A stretch of DNA of 64,000 nucleotides, from assembly GCA_040772485.1 (NCBI GenBank), contig JAXGYC010000009.1, positions 128,001 to 192,000 of the forward strand, written 5' to 3'. Position 1 is the first letter of the stretch. Each line of letters starts with the position of its first letter. The position numbers and the translations under genes were made by a program. Positions 47,710 to 57,996 of this stretch are shown piece by piece. The notes below the pieces were generated by a model. That model worked only from the letters and a program-made list of their open reading frames with translations. It was not told the origin of the DNA and searched no databases. Origin of the DNA: Sedimentisphaerales bacterium. Its GTDB lineage: Bacteria > Planctomycetota > Phycisphaerae > Sedimentisphaerales > Anaerobacaceae.

Positions 47710-49719
47710 TCAGAAGCGGTACGTCAGCTTGATGCGGAACGTCCGCCCATCCTGCTCGATCTGGTCCTGCACGTGTTCCCCGGACCCCGGATAGGCGTAG
47801 TCGACGTCGAAAAGGTTGTACAGTCCGGCCGCGATCTCCAATCGCTTAGACGGACTCGTGTATGTCAGCGCCAGATTCGTCAGGAAGAAATCGTCCGTGT
47901 GGTCGCCCGCCAGCGTTTTGGACCGGCCGTTGTACTGGATCTCCAGACCGGCATAGAGCGTATCCTTCACCACCGGCGCGATCAGGTTGAGCTTGGCCAG
48001 ATGCCGGGGCGAATTGGCCAGTCGTGCGTCGGTGGCTCGGTCTTCCGCCTCGACATACGAGTAGCTCGTCCGCGCGCGCAGGCCGTTCTCCCACCGTCCG
48101 CCCAGCACCAATTCCACTCCCCGGGCTTCGACCTCGTCGGTATTCCTGAACACGAACAGACCGTCGTTCGGGTCGGTGTACTGGCCGATCAGGTCGTCCA
48201 TGACGTAGTAGAAGCCGCTCACGGTCGCGCTGAGATGCGACCCGAAGGCGCGTTCCAGCACGATCTCGTACGTATCGATGGTTTCGGAGTCGAGATCCAG
48301 TGGAGCCTTGGTGGTGGAGCCTCCGTCATGATAGTACAGCTCGTAGGCATTGGGAGCGCGGAAGGCCCGCCCGTACAGCAGTTTGAGCGCCGTATCTTCC
48401 GAGACGTCGTAGATCATCGCCAAGCGGGGATTCGTGCTGCCGCCGAACGTGTCGTAATGGTCGTAGCGCACGCCGGCGACGAGGGTCACATCGTCCAGCA
48501 CACGGAACTCGTCCTGGATGTAGAGGCCCCAGTTTTTGCTGTGACGCGAGTCGTCGAGATACACCTCCTCATCCCAGTTCGCCTGGTCCTGCCGCGCGTT
48601 GTAGCGGAACTCGCCTCCCGCGGTCAGGGTGTGCTTCTCGAAGGGCCGGGCCGTGACCTGGAGTTCGCTGTCCCACCAGCGGCCTCTGTAAAAGTCTTTG
48701 TTCACGACGATGTCAGGGGTTTCGTCCTCGGAGCAATCGTACACGTAACGTCCGTCGTAGTTGTAATGGTGATAGGCGGTTTGCGCCTTGACGGAGACCT
48801 TGTCCGATATCTCGCGCTCGTAGCTCAGTCCGAGAAGCGTCGTGTCGTCGTACACGCGCGTCCGGCGGTCGCCGAAGACGGTGCCCCACGGCGCGGTGGG
48901 AATTCCCTTCTCCGAGGCGGTGTGTGCGGCGATCAGACCGAAATCGCCAAACGAGGCTCGCAGGAACAGATTGTGGAAATCGCTGTCGTCGTTCTTTACG
49001 AGCCCGTCGGCCGTGGCGGGATCGTCGAACTCCTCGAAGTACAACTGGGGTCCGTCGCCGTCTCCCTTCGTGGCCGAGACGAGGAGGTTCAATCCATTGT
49101 CGAAGACCTCACCGTAGCTGATGCGGCCCTTCTGCGTGTCGAAGCTGGCGACTTCGCCGGACACTTCAAGACCATCGAGGGTCTTGCCGTCCTTGGTGAT
49201 CACGTTGACCACCGCCAATAGCGCGTTGCTGCCGTACAGGGAAGAACCCGGACCACGAACGATCTCGACCCGTTCGATCAGGTCCACGTCGACAACGAGC
49301 TGCATTCCAAACACGGGGGAATCCCCGATGTTTTCGTTGATCCGGTGTCCGTCGACCAGCAGCAAAGTGCGCGTGTCGTAGTCGCCCGGCCGGCGAAAGC
49401 CGCGGACGCCGAGGTAGTCGTAGTTGCGGTCGTTGTTGATGTAGAAGCCCGGAACGCTGCGGAGGACCTCGGCCAGGGTCCGATAGCCGTACTTGCGGAT
49501 CTCATCGGCGGTGATGATTGTGACCGACGACGGGGCCTCGGTGACCTTCTGTGTGTACTTGGAAGCGCTGTACACCGTATCGATTTCCACGGTCATCAGG
49601 TCTTCGAGAGACATGTCGAACAAGCCGGTCTCGTCTTCTGACGCTGCGGCTTGGGTTGCGCAGGCCCCCAGCAAGAGCCAGCCGGCGATCAGTTGGTGTA
49701 CCACGGAGCACGTTGTCAT
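47710..49719 (-). CDS. TonB-dependent receptor
   Basis: SLEDLMTVEI..SASK..EAPSSV plug, ERVEIVRGPGSSLYG, NLFD, C-terminal YRF. Confidence 0.95.
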   Translation of the reverse strand: MTTCSVVHQLIAGWLLLGACATQAAASEDETGLFDMSLEDLMTVEIDTVYSASKYTQKVTEAPSSVTIITADEIRKYGYRTLAEVLRSVPGFYINNDRNYDYLGVRGFRRPGDYDTRTLLLVDGHRINENIGDSPVFGMQLVVDVDLIERVEIVRGPGSSLYGSNALLAVVNVITKDGKTLDGLEVSGEVASFDTQKGRISYGEVFDNGLNLLVSATKGDGDGPQLYFEEFDDPATADGLVKNDDSDFHNLFLRASFGDFGLIAAHTASEKGIPTAPWGTVFGDRRTRVYDDTTLLGLSYEREISDKVSVKAQTAYHHYNYDGRYVYDCSEDETPDIVVNKDFYRGRWWDSELQVTARPFEKHTLTAGGEFRYNARQDQANWDEEVYLDDSRHSKNWGLYIQDEFRVLDDVTLVAGVRYDHYDTFGGSTNPRLAMIYDVSEDTALKLLYGRAFRAPNAYELYYHDGGSTTKAPLDLDSETIDTYEIVLERAFGSHLSATVSGFYYVMDDLIGQYTDPNDGLFVFRNTDEVEARGVELVLGGRWENGLRARTSYSYVEAEDRATDARLANSPRHLAKLNLIAPVVKDTLYAGLEIQYNGRSKTLAGDHTDDFFLTNLALTYTSPSKRLEIAAGLYNLFDVDYAYPGSGEHVQDQIEQDGRTFRIKLTYRF

Positions 49720-50287
49720 ATCAGGTTGCCGCCCCAAAGCTCAGAGTTCTGCATCGCGCCGGAATCGCACTGTCCATTCTGCACAGTGGCGTTGGCCGCT
49801 CGGTTTCAGTATCGACCCTTCAGGGGCCCTGATGGAGTGTCATATGGGCTATTGCAGGCGGCGCGACGCCCATCGGCGTTGCGCCGTCCGCCTCGTCACA
49901 GGCTCGATGCGACGGCAATTGGTTCGCGGGGGCCTCCGGTGAGTGCGGCGGCGGGCGGGCGCCGCCTACCGGCCGGAGAAAAGGGCGATAATCCCGGGCC
50001 TCTCAGGGGTAGGAGTCGGCATCCCGCGACTCGGATCGGACAGCCGAGCGATTTCACGCCGCTCGGGATGGACGCTCGGCGTCGGGCCTTCTGCATCCGT
50101 CCGGTCCGCACAGCAGGCCGCGACAGAATCTTCCAAGACGCGGCCTCTGCAGGGCGCGAGCGTCCCGTGGTCCGAAATCTCATCGGGATATCGGACCCTG
50201 GCCCGCCTGCGATCCGCTGCACGTCTGTCGTACTTGCGGCGCGACACAGCCGCTTGCAGAGCAGACCGAGCGAAGCGTGCTTTGACC

Positions 50288-50315
50288 TTGACAGGTTGCC
50301 TATCCTTGGCATACT
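50288..50315 (+). promoter_or_regulatory. sigma70 promoter for dxr-rseP
   Basis: TTGACA-16 bp-CATACT with TG extension. Confidence 0.55.
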
Positions 50316-50427
50316 ATCGCGGTTACCGTTTGCAGACGGCGCCGGTGCGTCGCAGGCCGGATGTCCGGGCGGTCGGTGAGTCGTGCCGTCGAAAGCCGAG
50401 GGAGAGGAGTGCACTGAGTCTGATCTT

Positions 50428-51612
50428 ATGTCGCGAGGAATCGCCATTCTGGGATCGACCGGGTCGATCGGTCGAAATGCGCTGCGCGTCATTGACGCGC
50501 TTGGCCCAGGCTACGAGGTCGTCGGTCTCAGTGCGCATCGCAGCATCGACCTTCTGGCCGAGCAGGTGCGGCGTTACCGGCCGGCGCGCGTGGCCGTCTC
50601 AAACGACGATTACGCCGAACGGTTTCGCTCGCTGATGGATGGATGGGACGCCAGGATTCTGGTAGGGTCCGAGAGTCTGGTCGAGATGGCGAAGTCGGAC
50701 GGCGTTGACACCGTTCTGACGGCGGTGGTGGGCGCCGCCGGCTTGCCGTCGGTCCTGGCGGCAGCCCGGTGCGGCAAGCGTCTGGCGATCGCCAACAAGG
50801 AGCCGCTCGTGGTCGCCGGAGAGCTGCTGACGCGGATCGCCAGGGAGAACGGCAGCCTGCTGCTGCCGGTGGACAGCGAACATTCGGCGGTGTTCCAGGC
50901 TATGCAATCGGGCAAATCGTCGGAGATCCGCAAGATCCTGCTGACCGGCTCCGGCGGGCCGTTCCGCGGCGCCTCGCCCCAGGACCTCGAGCAGGTGACG
51001 CGCGAACAGGCGCTGTCGCATCCGGTCTGGCGGATGGGACCGAAGATCACGATCGACTCGGCCACGATGATGAACAAGGCGCTGGAGGTGATCGAGGCGC
51101 GATGGCTGTTCGACGTGCCGGTCGACAAGATCGAGGTGTTGATCCACCCGGAATCGATTGTACACTCGCTCGTGGAATTCGTGGACGGCTCGGTGGTAGC
51201 CCAGTTGGGCGAGCCGGACATGTGCCTGCCGATCCAGTACGCGTTGACGTATCCCAAGCGGGTCGCCGGGATTTCCAAGCCGCTGCGGCTCGAAGAGATC
51301 GGCACGCTCCATTTCGAGCGGCCGGAGCCTGGGACGTTTCGGGCCCTGACGCTGGCCTATGAGGTGTCGCGCATGGGCGGGACGGCGCCGGCGGTGTTCA
51401 ACGCGGCCAACGAGGCCGCCGTCGAAGCGTTCCTGGCCGGACGAATCCGGTTCGTTCAGATCATGGAGCTGATCGAGCGCTGTCTGGACGCCCACGAGGT
51501 CAGCCGCGCGACCTCGCTCGAAGAGCTGCTCGAAGCCGATGCCTGGGCCCGGGCCCAGGTCCGAAGTCGATTGGGCCGCGAAATGCACGACGCCCCGCGC
51601 CACGTGCGGTGA
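50428..51612 (+). CDS. dxr: 1-deoxy-D-xylulose-5-phosphate reductoisomerase
   Basis: LGSTGSIG, ANKE, PVDSEH, HPVWRMGPKITIDSATMMNKALE, NAANE. Confidence 0.98.
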   Translation: MSRGIAILGSTGSIGRNALRVIDALGPGYEVVGLSAHRSIDLLAEQVRRYRPARVAVSNDDYAERFRSLMDGWDARILVGSESLVEMAKSDGVDTVLTAVVGAAGLPSVLAAARCGKRLAIANKEPLVVAGELLTRIARENGSLLLPVDSEHSAVFQAMQSGKSSEIRKILLTGSGGPFRGASPQDLEQVTREQALSHPVWRMGPKITIDSATMMNKALEVIEARWLFDVPVDKIEVLIHPESIVHSLVEFVDGSVVAQLGEPDMCLPIQYALTYPKRVAGISKPLRLEEIGTLHFERPEPGTFRALTLAYEVSRMGGTAPAVFNAANEAAVEAFLAGRIRFVQIMELIERCLDAHEVSRATSLEELLEADAWARAQVRSRLGREMHDAPRHVR

Positions 51613-51678
51613 CGCCGGGACCATTCAGTCTGGAAGGACAGCCGCTGCCGGCTGTCCGCTTTGTATCGGAGTTGCTTG

Positions 51679-53793
51679 ATGTCGAAGAAGGGAAGCTCAT
51701 CGAACAAGATTCTCGGCGCCGTCTTCTGGTTGGCGCTTCTGGCGGTCGTGGTCTATCTGATCGTGCGCTACGCCACGGTTTCCGGCAATCTGGCTCTGGT
51801 GATGATCGGGTTCGGCTCGGTCGTTCTGGTCCACGAATTCGGGCACTTCATCGTGGCCAAGCTGGCCGGGATCAAGGTGGAGGCCTTTTCCATCTTCATG
51901 CCGCCGACGCTGCTGGGCATCCAGCGCACGCCGTCGGGACTGAAGCTTCGGGTCCTTCCGAGCTTCATTGCCGATGAGCAAGAAGATGCGCCCGGCGAGG
52001 GCGGGGGCGACACAGCGCCGTCGGACCCGGCGAGCGAGGCCGGAACGGAATACCGCGTCGGTCTCATACCGTTCGGCGGCTACGTTAAACTGCTGGGCCA
52101 GGACGACGTCGGGCCGGTCAAGCAAATCAGCGATCCACGGTCGTTCTCCAACAAGTCGCTGGGGGCGCGGATCGCGGTGGTGGCGGCGGGGGTGACGTTC
52201 AACATCATCAGCGCCGCGATCCTGCTGATGGTTGTGTTCCTCATCGGGATCGACTTTCCTCCGCCCGTGGTGGGCGGGGTAGTGCCCGGCTCCTCGGCCG
52301 AGAAGGCGGGCCTGCAAAGCGGCGACGAATTCATCGAAATCGCCGGCCGGAGCGAGGGCCTCGAATTCAGCAGTCTGATTCTGGCCGCGGCGCTGTCGGG
52401 GCGCGACGAAGCGGTGCCGGTCGTGGTGCGACGTCGAGACGGCTCGACACAGAGCATGGATCTGCTCGCTTCAGAACAGCCGAACGACCAGCAGATTCGG
52501 GAGTTCGGCATTCTTGCGCCGATGAGCCTGACCCTGGCGGACCTGGCCGACCCTGCCGCCCTGGAGCAGGAAACCGGGCTGCTGCCCGGCGACCGGGTCG
52601 TTGCCGTCGATGGCAATGCAATCGAGCACCACTGGGCGTATGAAGAGGCGGTCCAGAGGACCTTCGCGCCTCGCGTGACGATCGCCGCCGAGCGTCCGAA
52701 CGCGGGCGGCGGTGTCGATCGCATCGGGAAGGAGCTAGCGCTGGCCTGGCTGCCCAGCCGGGAGGCTGTCCCGTCCGACGCGACCCTGTGCCACATCTAC
52801 TCGATGGTGCCGCGTCTTCGTGTGAGGGAGGCCCCGCAGCCGGGGCCGGTCGGCCAGGAGGCCCTTCGCACGGGCGACATTATCGTCGCGGCGGCGGACG
52901 TGCAGCATCCAACCTATGCGGAGCTGCGCGAGATCACCGCTGCACACGAAGGCAAGCCGCTGGCGATCCAGGTTGTGCGCGCCGACGCCAACGGCGTCGA
53001 GCGAACCACCGAGGTGACCGTCACACCCAGGAAGGAGCGCGGCAGCGATCGGGTGGTGATCGGTTTCCTGCCCGAGCTGGACGCCGAACACGCGGTGGTA
53101 GCCAAGACCGTGTCCGTCGAGGGGGGCGTGCCCCGGCTGGACATCCCGCGCGGCGCGACCATTACGTCCGTCAACGGCAAGCCGGTGACGAGCTTCTACG
53201 ACATCGTGGCGGAAACCCGGCAATGGGACGGCCAGCCGGTGAAGCTCGAATACCGTCTGAACGGCCAGGCCTCCGGCGGGGTCACGCTGGCGAACCCGAC
53301 GGCCGGGGCCGCTATCGCCGTCGTGTCCACGACGGCCGTGCAACTGCCTTTCAAAGCGATGGAGCGTCTCTACAAGGCCAGGACCCCCATCGAAGCGATC
53401 CAGATGGGCTATCGCCGGACGGTGATGTTCGTCGCGATGACCTACGTCACGCTCAAGCAGTTGATTGCCGGACTGCTCAGTCCGAAGCTGCTGATGGGAC
53501 CGGTCGGCATCATGGTCTCCAGTTACCAGATCGTGGCGCGCGAGCCGCTGGTCTACTATGCCTACTTCCTCGGCCTGATCGGCGCCAGCATCGCGGTGCT
53601 GAACCTCATGCCCATGCCTCCCTTCGACGGCGGGTTGATCGTCCTGATGCTGGTCGAGAAAATCAAGGGATCGCCCCTGAGCGAGAAGGCCCAGGGGGTG
53701 CTCGCCTACGCCGGCTGGGTCATCGTGGGTACGCTGCTGATCTACGTGACATTCAACGATGTGCTTCGCACGGTGCGCGGTTTTTTTAGTTGA
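51679..53793 (+). CDS. rseP: RIP metalloprotease RseP with multiple PDZ domains
   Basis: HEFGH, PFGGYV, NLMPMPPFDGG; follows dxr. Confidence 0.93.
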   Translation: MSKKGSSSNKILGAVFWLALLAVVVYLIVRYATVSGNLALVMIGFGSVVLVHEFGHFIVAKLAGIKVEAFSIFMPPTLLGIQRTPSGLKLRVLPSFIADEQEDAPGEGGGDTAPSDPASEAGTEYRVGLIPFGGYVKLLGQDDVGPVKQISDPRSFSNKSLGARIAVVAAGVTFNIISAAILLMVVFLIGIDFPPPVVGGVVPGSSAEKAGLQSGDEFIEIAGRSEGLEFSSLILAAALSGRDEAVPVVVRRRDGSTQSMDLLASEQPNDQQIREFGILAPMSLTLADLADPAALEQETGLLPGDRVVAVDGNAIEHHWAYEEAVQRTFAPRVTIAAERPNAGGGVDRIGKELALAWLPSREAVPSDATLCHIYSMVPRLRVREAPQPGPVGQEALRTGDIIVAAADVQHPTYAELREITAAHEGKPLAIQVVRADANGVERTTEVTVTPRKERGSDRVVIGFLPELDAEHAVVAKTVSVEGGVPRLDIPRGATITSVNGKPVTSFYDIVAETRQWDGQPVKLEYRLNGQASGGVTLANPTAGAAIAVVSTTAVQLPFKAMERLYKARTPIEAIQMGYRRTVMFVAMTYVTLKQLIAGLLSPKLLMGPVGIMVSSYQIVAREPLVYYAYFLGLIGASIAVLNLMPMPPFDGGLIVLMLVEKIKGSPLSEKAQGVLAYAGWVIVGTLLIYVTFNDVLRTVRGFFS

Positions 53794-53869
53794 AGGGCCT
53801 GGTCTGCCGATAGAAACTGCGTGTGCCGTGTGATGTGTGCAACCGGAAAAGGGATTTGAAGGTTCAGCC

Positions 53870-55288
53870 ATGCCAGTGGACAAGCACGTCGGTGAGACGC
53901 TCCGCCGCAGCGACAGACAACTCTACGAGATCATCGAGTCCATCTTCCCGGCTGCGCCGAGCAGCGCCGCCTATCATCGCGGGCTGCCCGAGGCGCTGGC
54001 CCAGGCGGATGCGGAGGTCTACCGGCTGATCGAGGCCGAGCATCTCCGGCTGCAAAGCACGCTGCAACTGATCGCCGCCGAGAACCAGTGCTCCCGCGCC
54101 GTGCTGGCGGCCCTGGGTTCCGTCGTCCAGAACAAGACGACCGAAGGGTTCGTCGGCTCGCGTTTCCACGGGGGCTGCGAGGTCGTCGACAGCCTGGAGA
54201 CCCTGGCGGTGACGCGGGCCAAGGCGGCGTTCGGCGCCCGGTACGCCAACGTGCAGCCGCACTCGGGCACCGGCGCCAATCAGATCGTCCTGACCGCCAT
54301 CCTCGAAAGCGGGGACCGCATCCTGAGCCTCGCCATGGACCAGGGCGGCCACGTCTCGCACGGCGCCGGCGTAGCGTTCGCCGGCCGGTTCTTCGAGGTC
54401 GAGCAGTACCGCGTGGACCCGAAGTCCTTTCTGCTCGACTACGACGCGATCCGCCAGCAGGCGCTGCGGTTCCGGCCCAAGCTGATCATCTGCGGGGCCA
54501 GCGCCTATTCAAGGACCATCGACTTTGCGGCGTACCGTCGGATCGCCGACGAGGTCGGCGCCTATCTCATGGCGGACATCTCGCACATCTCAGGTTTGAT
54601 CGCGGCCGGCGTGCATCCGTCGCCGGTCGATCACGCGCATTTCACCACGACCAGCACCTACAAGCCGGGCGGACCCCGCGGCGGCCTGATCCTGATGGGC
54701 AGAGACTTCGACGCCCCGATCCAGGCCGGCGGCAGGTCCATGCCGCTCTGGGAGCGGATCGAGAAGACGACGTTCCCCGGGTTCCAGGGGACGCCGTACC
54801 TGAACAACATCGCTGCCAAGGCGGTGTTCTTCCGGGAGATGCTCTCGGCTGAGTACAAGGCCCGGCAGTTCAGGATCGTGGAGAACGCCCGGTCGCTCGC
54901 CCGTGCCTTCGACCGTCGCGGCTACGACATCCTCACCGGCGGCACCGACAACCACATGTTCTGCATCAACGTCGGGCGCTTCCGCAAGGGTCTCACCGGC
55001 GCCATCGCCCAGCACTGCCTCGAAGAGTGCGGCGTCATCGTGAACATGAACCGCCTGCCCTACGATCCGCACAGCCCCCGCGTCACCAGCGGAATGCGCC
55101 TGGGCACTCCCATCGTCACGAAGAACGGCATGGGCCTGATCCAGATGGAAGCCATCGCCGGCCTGGTCGACGCCGTCCTGACCCAAGTCGAGCCCACGGG
55201 CGGCCGGGAATACCGCCTCGACGACCGCCTCCGCCTCGAAACCAAATGCCAGGTCCAGGACCTCTGCGCCCGCTTCCCCATGGTGTAG
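53870..55288 (+). CDS. glyA: Serine hydroxymethyltransferase-like PLP enzyme with divergent active-site motifs
   Basis: LQLIAAEN, NVQPHSG, GGHVSHG, ADISHISGL, GPRGG, GGTDNH, SGMRLGTP. Confidence 0.8.
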   Translation: MPVDKHVGETLRRSDRQLYEIIESIFPAAPSSAAYHRGLPEALAQADAEVYRLIEAEHLRLQSTLQLIAAENQCSRAVLAALGSVVQNKTTEGFVGSRFHGGCEVVDSLETLAVTRAKAAFGARYANVQPHSGTGANQIVLTAILESGDRILSLAMDQGGHVSHGAGVAFAGRFFEVEQYRVDPKSFLLDYDAIRQQALRFRPKLIICGASAYSRTIDFAAYRRIADEVGAYLMADISHISGLIAAGVHPSPVDHAHFTTTSTYKPGGPRGGLILMGRDFDAPIQAGGRSMPLWERIEKTTFPGFQGTPYLNNIAAKAVFFREMLSAEYKARQFRIVENARSLARAFDRRGYDILTGGTDNHMFCINVGRFRKGLTGAIAQHCLEECGVIVNMNRLPYDPHSPRVTSGMRLGTPIVTKNGMGLIQMEAIAGLVDAVLTQVEPTGGREYRLDDRLRLETKCQVQDLCARFPMV

Positions 55289-55301
55289 GGCAGCGCTTGG
55301 C

Positions 55302-57134
55302 TCAAGGACGCACCCGGGAATCGCGACGAATCGTGTTCGATAGGATCGTGTGCTCGGGATACTCCAGGTGGAACAGCGAGTCGGGGATATCGGCGCGGTC
55401 CACCGATACGGAGTTCACGTCCACGCGCACATCCACGAATTGCGTGTAGCCATCGTGGTAGTTTATGGTCCGCCCCTCGACCGGCAGCCATGCCCCGTTG
55501 TCGGTTTGGTGGAACCGGGCCGATTCCAGGCATTGCAGCAGCTTGGCCCCGGCGCTGTCGGGCGTGCCCGAATACAGTTCCCAGCGGACCATCACCCCTC
55601 TCTCGGTGTCGATGTACAGCCTCCGGCATCCGATGCTCCCGGATCGGATGTCCAGCACGCATGCGTCTCGACCGTTCCGTTCCTGCAGGCTCACGTCGGA
55701 GAGCAACTCGGCGGTCGCCAGGAGCTCGCTGAGCAGAGGCGCTCCCTCCTCGGGATGGTAGAACGGCCGGTAGGAGAGCTGGGCCGCGAAGTTCACCATC
55801 CATCGGCTGTAGCCCGACACATCGCGGATCGTCCCTCGCTTCAACTCGGGCCAGTCTCCCACCTTGCAGGTCTCGCCGTCGACGACGTTGATCTGGCAGA
55901 TCCGCCGGCCATCTTGATTGAAGAAGCTGTGCACGAAACGTTGCCGAATCCCATCCTGGGCCCACTGGACCTCCTCGTAGCGTCTCTCGGGCAATCTGCC
56001 GCCGGCGCCGGGGTGACGACGGGGGTAGTCGGGCGCCTCCCCTTCGGAACTGTAATCCGTGCGGAAGTCCATCTTGATCAGAGAGAGCTTTTCCTCATTG
56101 GCCTTGACGGAACGAATCACTTCCTCGAGCGTTGGGGCTGGATCGCTGGCCGTGTCGTCAGGCTCCGCATCCGTCGGCCACATGGCCTCGTGTCGGTGGA
56201 TGAACAAGGGCGGGTCACCGGCTCGATGGTCCGCAATGGTCTTTATGTCGTCTGTGATTTCGAGCTTGAACGTCCCGTCGGGAATCGCCGAACGGTCATT
56301 GAAACTTGACTTCTTCGGATCGATCGCGAGGCGAAGCTCACCGTCATATACCCGGCCATCGACGGGCATCGTCACGCGTGCCGTTCCTTCCACCGGGAAC
56401 CACATCCCCTCCAGGACCTCTTCCAGTCGCCAGGTGGACGTGTCCACCAGCTTCTCATCCTGGTAGAACTCGGTTCGCGTGAGCATACAACCCTTCGCGG
56501 GATCGAAGTAGAAGTCCTTGTAGGTATCGGGAAAGGCCGGGCCGATCCATCTCTTCCTCAACTTGATCCGTTCGGCACCGTCGACTTCGACCACCGACCA
56601 GGTTGTTTCGACGAGTTCGTCGCTTTGACTCTTCTCGAGTTCTTTGACGATGGATCTGAGATGACCGGGCCAGCCACAGCGGCTCAGGTAGTTCCCGTCT
56701 GGTTCGTAAGGCGGCTCTTTGCGCAGGACCATGTGCGTCCCACCCAGCAGCATGCCTCGATATTCCTTGCCGTCATACACGTTAACTGCCGTTGTTTCCG
56801 TTCCCTCTCGCTTTGTGGTCGCATTACCATCAGTGTCCTGCCATGTGACCCTCACTGCCACCTTTTCCCCTTGCTGCCACATCTGGCCGGACTTTCTTTC
56901 CTGGCGGTATTCGTCGGTCCCGCGGGTACGTTGCTCGAGTTCCGCCTGCCAGGTGAGGACGCCGCACTCCATCTTGCGACAGTTCTCTCGAATACCCTGG
57001 ACGACGCGTTGATACAAGGCGTCGGAATTGCCGCTCGCCGCGTTCGGCTCGCTCTCCGCCGCAGTCCCATGCGGCAACCAGACCGCGCACAGAATCGCAA
57101 TCAGCAGTGTCAAACGTCTCTTACTGAGGTTCAT
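55302..57134 (-). CDS. Secreted hypothetical protein with two related beta-rich (LolA-like) halves
   Basis: Signal peptide; repeated pattern YFDPAKG..GMWFPVEG..IPDGTF and YIDTERG..GAWLPVEG..IPDSLF; GGGAGG RBS. Confidence 0.7.
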   Translation of the reverse strand: MNLSKRRLTLLIAILCAVWLPHGTAAESEPNAASGNSDALYQRVVQGIRENCRKMECGVLTWQAELEQRTRGTDEYRQERKSGQMWQQGEKVAVRVTWQDTDGNATTKREGTETTAVNVYDGKEYRGMLLGGTHMVLRKEPPYEPDGNYLSRCGWPGHLRSIVKELEKSQSDELVETTWSVVEVDGAERIKLRKRWIGPAFPDTYKDFYFDPAKGCMLTRTEFYQDEKLVDTSTWRLEEVLEGMWFPVEGTARVTMPVDGRVYDGELRLAIDPKKSSFNDRSAIPDGTFKLEITDDIKTIADHRAGDPPLFIHRHEAMWPTDAEPDDTASDPAPTLEEVIRSVKANEEKLSLIKMDFRTDYSSEGEAPDYPRRHPGAGGRLPERRYEEVQWAQDGIRQRFVHSFFNQDGRRICQINVVDGETCKVGDWPELKRGTIRDVSGYSRWMVNFAAQLSYRPFYHPEEGAPLLSELLATAELLSDVSLQERNGRDACVLDIRSGSIGCRRLYIDTERGVMVRWELYSGTPDSAGAKLLQCLESARFHQTDNGAWLPVEGRTINYHDGYTQFVDVRVDVNSVSVDRADIPDSLFHLEYPEHTILSNTIRRDSRVRP

Positions 57135-57996
57135 AGTCGTGCTCCCTCCCTTCATAAGTTGCACGAAATCGCTTCCATGCTCCGAAGGCACCCTCGGGGC
57201 GGGTAGTCTGCACGCGACCCTCGCCTGGTCTTCGCAAGGTCCCGACGCCGTTGCCGGAACCGCCTCCTGCTCAACGGCCATTATACACCATCAGCGGAGG
57301 AAAGCGCATTCGTTCTGTCGTTCTTCGGATGCGTTGCGGGCTGTGGCCGCCGGGAGTGTCAGGGCGCCGCAGGTTTCATTTCTGCCGGTGCGGCTGTGTT
57401 GGGCGCATAAAAGAAGGCCATAAGTTGGCGGCTTATGGCCTGTTGGCTTGTAACCGAAATTGTTGTTCCGTGTTGTGTTATGAGGTGTTGTCGAAAGGGT
57501 TCCGGGCCCCAAGAGGCGGGGGTCGGATGTGCCAGGCCGCAGTCCAGTCTCTGCGGGAAGGGTTGGGTGTTCTGGTTGTAGGTTGGCTAATGCATTGGTT
57601 GATTTCGCACGTTCGATCCGCCGATTGCGGACAGATGCACAGCCCCAGGAACAACCACAGCACTTCAGCGACAAACATCCTTGTCTTCATGTGTACATCC
57701 CCACAGTGTCGTGTCTTGTATCGGCCGGCGGCCGGATTTTTCCTTAGTCGATTCCGATGACGGAGCGGGTGTCTCGCGGCAGGTGAATCTGAGGATTACG
57801 GGTCCAGATAGTGGTATCAGTTCGGCAGGGCGGATTATTCTCGGCGGTTGCCTGCAGGCGGATTCGCGTCGCTCCGCCGGACCGCGTTATCAGTGCTGAT
57901 AGCGGGGATTTCGTCGGCGAGAAGATTTTTGTCTCGTGACGGGATTTTCTTTGTCGAATGGGCGTGCCGGAGATCTGCCTGGGAGGCTCGCCCCGA

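Noticed and set aside
49740..50280. Long intergenic region as a riboswitch (for example c-di-GMP or cobalamin) for the TonB receptor
   Set aside because: GC-rich hairpins are present but I could not recognise any consensus motif; an Infernal search is needed
57450..57490. AAC-rich tract reading RNNNFGY, reminiscent of a DGR template repeat, with an FGE-domain gene as a possible target
   Set aside because: It does not align with the 3' end of the FGE gene (29138-29270) apart from adenines, and there is no reverse transcriptase in the window
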